Shown: positions 53,331 through 64,000 of the stretch, piece by piece
Position numbering within the stretch: position 1 is the first letter of the stretch
How the letters are laid out: every line of letters begins with the position of its first letter
Assembly (NCBI RefSeq): GCF_009914755.1
Contig: NC_060937.1
Direction: 5' to 3' (one strand)
Source of the DNA: the human T2T-CHM13v2.0 reference genome, Homo sapiens
Length of the DNA stretch: 64,000 nucleotides
Translations under genes and position numbers: made by a program
Notes under the pieces: generated by a model
Told to the model about the DNA's origin: nothing
Database searches by the model: none
Seen by the model: the letters and a program-made list of their open reading frames with translations, nothing else

Positions 53331-54748
53331 TCTTAGAATATATTAAACTGTTGGATAAGTTAAACAGATTATGTAAAATTCTTACTGATACAGGTCCGTG
53401 ACTCACATATATACCATATGTACTAAATTGTAGTATGTCGAGTTGTTTTGAAAAGTGGCTTTATTAACTACTTTCATTATGGCACAAATGCCCAAAAACA
53501 GAGCAAATACTCCACTAGAAATTGGAGAGTTGGTTATGATTTGTGTTGATTGGTATGCACAGGAAATAAGCCTGGTCCTCAACAGAAATGTGATTTGAGT
53601 GAATGCCAGGGAGTACACAATTTTGTGTTAAATTATTTGGAAATTTACAGAACTCCACAGAGATATTTCTTACCAATACCAAGTACCTCTTGTATATAAT
53701 ACATGCAGAAACATGTACACAAAATGTGGACATTGTATTTTCTCTGCAATTTGTCAATGTTCCCCCTTTTACACATTTGGAAACTATTTCTATTTCCATT
53801 TTAATAATAAAATTCCAAAAGAACTATTTAATCTTAGTTTCATAAAGTAACTTTATATACAAAAATAATAATTGAGAGGTGCCATAATTATTTCATTCCA
53901 TTTACATAGAGTTCATATGGCTTTGTGGAGGTTTCTGAGCATTCTTCTTTTTAAATGCTGAAATAATCTTTAGTTCTAAATTGCTCCTTATATCAAAGCT
54001 CCAGAGATGCATAAATGATGTCAATAGGACATTTCAAACAAAGAAATGGTTAGTCCAAAACAGACTGGGAGAAAACTATATTGTTTATAACACTCTGTTC
54101 TGTATTTTAGAACCTTAACAACCCTTCTGGAGAAGCTGAGCCAATTGCTAATCAATAGTAATTATTTTTCTAACCATCTAAAAAAAATCCTTTAACCCCT
54201 AAAAGTAAGTTTGTTAAAAAGCCACATACTTATTTTCTAGTCATTAAATATACAGCCATTGCTTGAGTTTTAATATTTATAATGTATACTCTTTTGCAAC
54301 TTTAAAGTAGGAACATTTTCAGCAGTCGAAGGTAAAATAAAATCTTTTCCCAAGAGGTAGTTTTAAAAATAATAAGTTTTTGAATGATTAAGGCTATTAC
54401 GTATTTCTAATCTGCCTTAACATTTTGTTGAATAAGGGCATTTTGTTGAATAATACAGATATTAAATGGATAGCTAGATATATAAATATACTATGAAATA
54501 TTTTTTCTGAATTAAAGTAAACTAATAATTATATGTAGTTTATACTTTTAAAACCTCAAAAAATCAGGGCACAAGTGCTGTTGAACATTTTTGTTAGCTT
54601 ACAGATAAATTGCTTCCATGTAAGATTTTATTAAATGAGTGCAGGATGTCATTCTTAGCCAATAGCATTAAGAACTTCTAGAGCTTCTAAAAGAAAGAGA
54701 TACTAAAGATTAATTTAAACATTTGGAGAAAAAATAAATAACATATTA

Positions 54749-55183
<435 letters not shown>

Positions 55184-55865
55184 TTAGTTCTGTGCTAAGC
55201 TATATATTTGCATTGGAGACAAAAGAGTCATTTCACAGAAACCAATAGTACTTTCTTTCAAGTGTTTTTTGTGTCTTTTTATAGATTCTCTAATATAATT
55301 AATGGAACTACTGAGTCATCTACGTTAGAAACCTAGATAGCAATTTTATATGTCCTTGTTCCTTTTATCATCTGAATAGTGGCTACATTCTGGGGAAAAA
55401 AAAAAAAAAGCAATATATGTTTTTTATTCTTTGTTACCACTGTTACTGGCCTACTTCAGATTTGTGTTATTTCTTTTAACCTCCCTCTTGAAAGTATTTA
55501 AGTTTTATTTGCATACCATAGTTAAATTTGTTGTACTATTATAATCAACTTATATTCAAACTTGTCATTTACACATCAATGGTCTCCATTAAAACTGGTA
55601 GATCACTGAGGGTAGGGCTTTTGACATTTTCATTTTTTAGCCTCTATTATCTAAGACAATATATGAGCTGAATGAAATTATTTTCAGACTCTTATCTTCA
55701 GCATTAGCTACTATTATGAACCTTTGAATGCAATGTAAAACCTAGTTTAAATTTATTCACTGTGTTCTACAAAAGCAATTTAATTAACAATGGGTATGGT
55801 CCCAATAAGTACCATGAAATTTTAAAAAACTCTAGATAATCGGTACTACAGTCACTATTGAAGTT

Positions 55866-55952
55866 TTATATATATATATAAGATATATACATATTATATA
55901 CATAAGATATATACATATTATATATATAAGATATATACATTTTATATATATA
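55866..55952. repeat. 24-bp AT-rich tandem repeat, ~3 copies
   Basis: tatatataagatatatacatatta repeated. Confidence 0.85.
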
Positions 55953-56379
55953 AAATAAATATGCTGAAAAGTGTCTTTATTTCTACTGAAAGACAGAGAA
56001 CACAGTTCCGATAAGTTTTCTAATATTATTTTTTGCTGATGATAATATATGTGTCTGTTCTGTATCAATTTTAATTTATTGATTATCCTCTTCATTATAT
56101 GCTGCATTTTTCTGCATCTTTGGGTGCCTGGTACTGAATGCCAGACATCTGAATGTTATCTTTTCAGTAGCACCGTGTTTTTTGACTCCATATTTTTTAT
56201 AACTGTATTTGAGGATATATAAGCTAAATATATGTATATACATTTAGCTTATTTTAAAAATCTGTTTGTTTCTCCCAGAGCATGAGTGTAAGATATGGGG
56301 ACTAAGAAAAATTGGCTACAATAAAATTAATAGTTTGCCATCCTCATGTAGCTGTTCCATTAGGAACATACAGTCTTCT

Positions 56380-56555
56380 AGGTCATCTCAGCTGAGAAAA
56401 AGAGACAGGCTGGAGAATTGGAATTTTTATTAGCCTGAAAATGATATATCACATTCCATTGCCCCAAACTGGTCAGATGACCCTGCCTAACTGCAAGGCA
56501 GTTGGGAAATACAGGAAAACAAATAGGATATTTTTAGTAAGGATGACTCTATCTC
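56380..56555 (-). mobile_element. Old MLT1 (J/K/L-like) fragment
   Basis: cacattccattgccccaaactggtcagatgaccctgcctaactgcaagg..tgggaaat. Confidence 0.55.
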
Positions 56556-57846
56556 AATAACCAATGATTTATATGTTGTAAATGGTATTGTAATATGCTG
56601 ACCATGTTGTACTAGTAAATTATTTCTGTGATGTTTGCCTGAACTGCATAATTTAATCATAAAAATTTTTAAAGTAAAACAGAATAAAATTCTAAAGTAT
56701 TATTATTTTTACTTAAAACTATATTGTGGCGAATACTCAGGCTATAGCTGTTTGGTAGAAAGAACAAACAATTCCACAACCCCTCTTTGAGACAAAAGAG
56801 TACATTATTTCATAACAAAAAGGGCAACAAGGAGCTAGATAGAACAAAACCTAAGAATCTAAGTATGATACAGGTACAACTAGATTGGCAGCTATGTTAT
56901 ATTATTTAAAATCAATACTTAAGAGCCTTTCCTTCTTCACAAAGATAAAGGAGTTATCAGAGCTAATGGCTGATGTGAGAGCTAAGCACTGCTTTAACAG
57001 ATTACAGGTCGATTTTAATTTTGCTTTACAAATTACAAAGGAGCTCATCAATAAGATTATGAAGGAGAGACACTCAAATACTGCTGAGGAAGTAGTCCAC
57101 CCTTTCAAGTTCAAATGGATGCGAGGAGAATATAAGAGGAAATAATTCTGCCAGCAGACATGGCAAATGAATGTATTTTTTGTTTGTGCATAAACCATTC
57201 AAAAACTTACTAACATAATTACATTGAAACAGTAGCTGGTAATTATGTATCAGTTAGATTTGGTGAGAAATTTAGACAAATTTTCTTGATTAATTCAAAT
57301 AGAGATCTTTGTGAATATTTTTAAATATACAAATTATCAATAACAAACAATATATTCACTGAGACTTTAAAATGTAATAGTAAGCGTAGTCTATTTTACA
57401 AATTCATATTTTGGAATTATATTTTATTTAGGATATTTCTTTCACAGATCATTAGAAAACTTCAGAGAAACATATGCTTCTCATCTGCTCATAAATATAG
57501 AAATCATCATGTACATAATTACATGGTGATTTATATTGCTTTCTCTTCGCTGTAACAGAAACCAGCATTGCCCTCTGTACTGGTTACAACAGAACTTTCC
57601 TATAAATTTAGCAAGCGTTTTTAAAAGTAAAGGGAAAACTCAAAGGAAGATAAACTATTATAAGTATTTAGAGTTCTGTTAAGCTTAAGGATACAACCAA
57701 TATCTGAAGGAGAAGATGTGCTAATGATAGAGTGGTTTCTGATAAATACAAAGGTAGATGGAGAGTACTTATCAAGACTGGGATAGGATTGTATGCAAAG
57801 GTTAACATCAGAAATATAATCGCATTAGAGACAAAGAAGAGAAGTG

Positions 57847-58197
<351 letters not shown>

Positions 58198-59319
58198 TTA
58201 AATACTAAAATGCATTAGTACATTGAAAGAAAGTATGTTTAAAAAGACTTTTCAGAGATCATTTTACAAACTATTAAACAAATGTATGCTTTTTTTAAAA
58301 AAGCCTTTTATGACATGAAAAAATTAGCATAGTCATAAAAGAAGTGAAGGGTTCTGTCCTGTGCTGTCTTGTAAGGAGGTGGAGGGGAGGTCATAGTGCA
58401 TTTGGCTCCTGTCTATATTTTTCTGAAGTCATTTTGCTGGGCCTCTGGTGAGATCCCATTCTCTGCAAAGTACACAGAAAAATATTTCACAAGGGGTGAG
58501 TTAAAGAGTTGCTGAGGAAGAAAAGACCTCCAAAACACTCTGGCACAGACAGAAATTTTTTTAAAAAACCTTTCCTTCCTCTCTGAAACTTTCAGAAAGT
58601 GCCCTAGTACACAGTCAGTTCCTCTGGAGCAACTGCCAAAGTCAGAGCCTCAAGCAGAGAGGGCAGGCGCTAACTGTAAAAGAGCTCAGTCATGCAAAGT
58701 ATGGGCTTAGTCTGGAAGATGCTGGGTTCCCTTCAGACCACTCTGGATGCAGTCAGCCAGAAGCTAAAATTTGGTTCTCAAGACTCCTTGGGGCAAAAGT
58801 TCAAATGGCTTATTCCTTAAGTCGTTCCTAGGAGTTTCTAGGATTGCTTTCAGTTGTAATTAAGGGAACTAAAATTCTGTAAACCAAATGGAAGAATTCG
58901 TCAATGAAGTGAGACATAATTACCTGGTGAGTTCTTAATTTGTGCTTCAATGGCAGAGCTGACATGCACAGAGTTTTGAAGTCTTGATAAGTGGGGTCAG
59001 TAGGAATGATTAAAAGGCTAGGACTGGAAACTTTCCACTTAGTTTCTATTGTGCAGTGACTTACAAACTAGTTACTTCCTTAGCAAGAATTACCTTCAAT
59101 AGAAACCAGAAGAGAATTGTCAGGAGTAAAGAATGAAAGATCTAAACCTTCTAGTGACTAACTTATATCCCATCAAAACTACTCATATGTTCACTTTACT
59201 GATACCTAGTAATCTTGGTGATGTAGTAAAGGATTGTGTAAACAAATCAGCTAAGAGCTCATATTTCCTGAACTCCTTCTTTCCTATGCTTACAAAGAAG
59301 GAAAATTTGCCTTTGATGT

Positions 59320-59495
59320 TGTATTGGAGGCCACTGTGTGTTGGCTTTATAGCCAGTATTTTATTATATGTTGTCTTATATAATCCTACAAATCTCTTCA
59401 GGAGGATATGATCTCTGCTTTAACATTATGAAACTGGACTTCATAGAAGTTAAGTAACTACCTGATAACAAGTAACTTAAAAATACGGATCAGGA
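59320..59495 (-). mobile_element. MIR interrupted by AluY (resumes at ~59846-59910)
   Basis: taatcctacaaatc..tgaaactggacttcatagaagttaagtaact..; caggattcaaa..ttttaacttcaccatactg. Confidence 0.65.
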
Positions 59496-59857
<362 letters not shown>

Positions 59858-60039
59858 TCAAATGTACTAACGTGATACAAGGCCTATCACTTTTTAACTT
59901 CACCATACTGTATTTTCAGTCATTTTAACATACACAGCTAATGAATATCTATCTTATTTGCACACTTAGGATAATAACAGAAATTAAAAGTTGAACATAT
60001 GCAGTTTATTTTGTCCAAAATATAATTGTTGTTTCTCTG

Positions 60040-60560
60040 TGTTGGGAAAGGCTGTCTCCTGCATGCAGTCCTGTGTGTGGACTCCATTGGACCACAGAAG
60101 AATGAGCCTTCAACCCGAACACTTCCTTACCAACAGATAAAGAGCCTTCACAGCATGTGCCGGGTTTATCGCCTGGTATGGGAATATCTTTTCCTGTTTC
60201 AGACTCTGTATACTCCTTTAATCTGCTTAAGCTCATATGTCAATGGCCCTCAGACACACCTCCAGCTTTCTGTATTTCAGACTGCATGGGAAGGGGGAGG
60301 GGTCCCTCTATTGCAGCACAAAGTGGGGTGGGTGCAGCTAACTCCCCACATAGCATAGCTGTGAAGTGGATCCACTGGCCCTGAGGGACCAACACAATGG
60401 AAGGAGCTGGACCTTGTGCACTCTTGCTCCTCTCTTGCTGTGAGTAAACACTGTATGGCTTGAGTCCAGCATGTGTGTTTTCTGTATCACAACCTCGGGT
60501 CGTGCATTGGTCTCTTCCCTGGAAGGCACTTTTTATCTGTCTTCTAACCTTGGCAGCACA
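60040..60560 (+). mobile_element. ERVL-class solo LTR (MER74/MER73-like)
   Basis: tgttgggaaaggctgtctc..gcatgcagtc start, gataaagagcc, ctgtgagtaaa, CA end; subfamily uncertain. Confidence 0.55.
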
Positions 60561-60866
60561 GCCCGGCCATCCAGTGAATGATGAAATACTTAGCACTTGT
60601 TGTCATAGTAGGTAATTTTGTGAATTCAAATAAATAATCAGCTAATAAAATTGGCTTCAAAATACTCTTGGATTGGAGAATTGAAAAGGCACATTTCACT
60701 CAAGGCATCTTTGCCCCTGGGCTGTAACTTAAAATACCTCTTTGATTTCAGGCCTCCTTATCTAACTTCTGCTCAGTCACCTCTGCATTCTACCTGTAGA
60801 AAAGTGACTCAACATCATTCCAGAAGTCCGGAATTCTACAAGAATCATGTAAGTCATATAAAGGAC

Positions 60867-62152
60867 TGAGAGGTGACAGCGTGCTAGCAGTCCTCACAGC
60901 CCTGGCTCCCTCTCTGCGCCTCCTCTGCCTGGGCTCCCACTTTGGTGGCACTTGAGGAGCCCTTCAGCCTGCTGCTGCACTGTGGGAGCCCCTTTCTGGG
61001 CTGGCCAAGGCCGGAGCCGGCTGCCTCAGCTTGCTGGGAGGTGTGGAGGGAGAAGCGCGGGCGGGAACCCGGGCTGCGCGTGGTGCTTGTGAGCCAGCGC
61101 GAGTTCCGGGTGGCCGTGTGCTGGGCAGGCCCCGCACTCGGAGCGGCCGGCTGGCCCCGCCACCGGGGCAGTGAGGGGCTTAGCGCCTGGGCCAGCAGCT
61201 GCTGTGCTCAATTTCTCACCGGGCCTTAGCTGCCTTCCCACAGGGCAGGGCTCGGGACCTGCAGCCCGCCATGCCTGGGCTTCCCCCCACCCACTCTGTG
61301 GGCTCCTGTGCCGCCCGAGCCTCCCGGAGGAGTGCCGCCCCTTGCTCCACTGCACCCAGTCCCATCCACCACCCAAGGGCTGAGGAGTGCGGACACAAGG
61401 CACAGGACTGGCAGGCAGCTCCACCTGTGGCCCTGGTATGGGATCCACTGGGTGAAGCCAGCTGGGCTCCTGAGTCTGGTGGGAACTTGGAGAACCTTTA
61501 TGTCTAGCTAAGAGATTGTAAATACATCAATCGGCACTCTGTATCTAGCTCAAGGTTTGTAAACACACCAATCAGCACCCTGTGTCTAGGTCAGGGTTTG
61601 TGAATGCACCAATCCACACTCTGTATCTAGCTACTCTGGTGGACACTTGGAGAACCTTTGTGTTGACACTCTGTATCTAGCTAATCTAGTGGGGACATGG
61701 AGAACCATTGTGTCTAGCTCAGGGATTGTAAACGCACCAATCAGCGCCCTGTCAAAACAGACCACTTGGCTCTACCAATCAGCAGGATGTGGGTGGGGCC
61801 AGATAAGAGAATAAAAGCAGGCTGCCCGAGTCAGCAGTGGCAACCCGCTCGGGTCCTCTTCCACACTGTGGAAGCTTTGTTCTTTCGCTCTTGGCAATAA
61901 ATCCTGCTGCTGCTCACTCTTTGGGTCCACACTGCCTTTATGAGCTGTAACGCTCACCACAAAGGTCTGCAGCTCCACTCCTGAGCCAGCGAGACCACAA
62001 ACCCACCAGAAGGAAGAAACTCTGAACACGTCCAAACATCAGAAGGAACAAACTCCAGAAACGCCACCTTAAGAGCTGTAACACTCACCGCAAGGGTCCA
62101 CGGCTTCATTCTTGAAGTCAGTGAGAGCAAGAACCCACCAATTCCGGACACA
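60867..62152 (+). mobile_element. LTR12C-type (ERV9) solo LTR, 1286 bp, GC/CpG-rich U3
   Basis: tgagaggtgacagcgtgct start, aacccaccaattccggacaca end, tandem ctctgtatctagct/accaatcagc repeats; TSD ggac/gtac. Confidence 0.97.
61500..61901 (+). promoter_or_regulatory. LTR12 U3 enhancer/promoter and polyA signal
   Basis: CCAAT at 61568, 61609, 61737, 61775; GT box gggtggggcc 61791; AGATAA 61801; TATA-like AATAAAA 61810; AATAAA 61896. Confidence 0.75.
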
Positions 62153-62361
62153 GTACTAGTTAAGCATAAAATATATTTAAAAGGAAAAAAAAAATCAAAC
62201 TTGTGATAATATGTAAATCAGTTACCACTGATGACATCATCACCCCATATAAACTTTTTCTTAGCTCAGCATGTAGGCTGCTCTATTTTACACATCATTA
62301 AACCTTTAGAGCTCCTAGTTTTAGACAAATAGATCTCAGTATAGCAGATATACTAAATGCC

Positions 62362-62725
62362 TGTATTAGTCTGTTCTCAAGCGGCTAATAAAGACATACC
62401 CAAGACTAGGTAATTTATTAAAAAAAAGAGGTTTAATGGACTCACAGTTCCGCATGGCTGGGGAGGCCTCACAATCATGGCGGAAGGCAAAGTAGGAGCA
62501 AAGGCATGTCTTACATGGTAGCAGGCAAGAGAGCATGTGCAGGGGAACTGCCCTTTATAAAACCATCAGATCTTGTGGGACATATTCACTAACACAAGAA
62601 CAGTACAGGAAAACCCACCCTCATGATTCAGTTACCTCCCACCGGGTCCCTCCCAGGATACATGAGGATTAGGGGAGCTGCAATTCAAGATGAGATTTGG
62701 GTGGAGACACAGCCAAATGGTATCA
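62362..62725 (-). mobile_element. THE1B-like solo LTR
   Basis: tgtattagtctgttctc..ctcacagttccgcatggctggggaggcctcacaatcatggcgg..tatca; perfect TSD atgcc 62357-62361 / 62726-62730. Confidence 0.95.
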
Positions 62726-63174
62726 ATGCCTGAGTGGTCAGAGCAAAGCTGTCTGCCTTGAGTAAGTGGATGGAGAGTCATGAAATGGAGTCACAGGACT
62801 CATAGAGCCATTTCATATGAGAAAGGATAAAACGAAACTAGCAGTTTATGCTTATACTCCTCATTCATATTAAAACTGGAGTATATGCATGTGTATGTTT
62901 GTGTCTCTGAAGTTAATGTGCTGCACATACATATATATATATAGTATATATAGTAATACCCCAAAGAAAATTCAGTTTTTCATGTCCTTTAAAAGCTTTA
63001 TTTCCTTATCGAATTCATTGACTTTTGAGAAGTTTATTTAACATTCATGGGTTTTGCTGGACACCATTCTGCCTGAGGAATCAGAGATTGCCATGTTGTC
63101 TTGACTTTGTTGTGTTGTATGTTCTATCTTTTCTTATCCAAAATAGAACTTTTGTTGATTCTTCTCAGCACTCC

Positions 63175-64000
63175 CTGTGTAAACCTGTCCCTGCCCTGTT
63201 TCCATTTCCCAGTTCTCTAAACAGCATCATAGTCTATCAAGCTGTGAGACCAAAAACCTGAGTCATCCTTGAGTCCTTTTCCGTTTGCTCCCAACAGTTA
63301 AATGGAATCTATCAGCAAGTCCTGTTGGTTTTGCCTCCAAAATAGATCCGTAAATTCACTTAGGCTCTTATCACTTGATTGCTACTACTTCAGTCAAAAC
63401 CACCCTACATACAAATCCACACTCTACCCTCTAGCCACAACGATCTATTACAATTACAAATGAGAGCATGTCTTTTCCCTGCTTTAAACTTCACAATGGC
63501 TTCTCCTTATGCTTAAAATAAAACCTGATCTCCTTATTTCCAGAACAAGGTGGTGCATGATCTGCCCGTAGTCCCCTGATCTCACCACTTACCATGCTGG
63601 GTGTCACATATTGTGCCCCACTCTCAGTAGTTTTCCATATTTTCTGCATACCTCAAGCCCATTCAATTCTCAAGACATTCACATGATTATATTTGCGAAT
63701 GCTCTTTGCCAAAACCATTCCTCCATTCCTGACATTTTTCTGTTTTTTCGTTTTGGCTTACCTGTTATCTCTTGGAGAGTGATTCCTTATCTAGCCATTC
63801 TAAATTGGCAGCATAATGCCCACCCCCTCTGTTTTGAAACATATTACCCAGTTTTATTTTCATCAGGACACTTTTTGTAACTGAAATATTGTTATTATTA
63901 ACGCAGGGTGTTTTTTTTTAAATTGTTAGTCCTACTCTCCCTTACCACAGCCCTTTCGACAGAACATCGTCTATCATTACCCTTTGTATCCCCAGGGGCT
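63175..64000 (+). mobile_element. L2a running to the window end
   Basis: ccaaaaacctgagtcatccttga..atcagcaagtcctgttggttttgcctccaaaatagatcc..caatggcttctcc..tgtatcccca. Confidence 0.85.

Noticed and set aside
54421-54453. 15-bp direct repeat cattttgttgaataa separated by ggg
   Set aside because: Ordinary slippage micro-duplication.

Overview
Primate (very likely human or great ape) nuclear DNA: AT-rich, CpG-depleted and non-coding. It is a mosaic of interspersed repeats: Alu (J, S, Y, FLAM monomers), MIR, L2, short L1 fragments, many MaLR solo LTRs (THE1, MST, MLT1), ERVL LTRs (MLT2, MER74-like), ERV1 LTRs (MER67-like, MER83/MER41-like, a 1.29-kb LTR12C), DNA transposons (Tigger3b, MER58, MER3/33, MER53) and microsatellites. 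I recognise no protein-coding gene; the supplied ORFs are repeat-derived or chance. Subfamily names come from remembered consensus motifs, not a RepeatMasker run, and boundaries of old elements are approximate. I found no convincing novel biological system. The best leads are a candidate + strand terminal exon at 19.76-19.93 kb, a candidate exon with a Kozak sORF and CTCF motif at 43.8-44.0 kb, a 5'-inverted (twin-primed) Alu, a 90-bp non-repeat duplication 1.5 kb apart, tandem THE1 LTRs inside a FLAM, AT-rich palindromes, and a convergent LTR12C/THE1B promoter pair.
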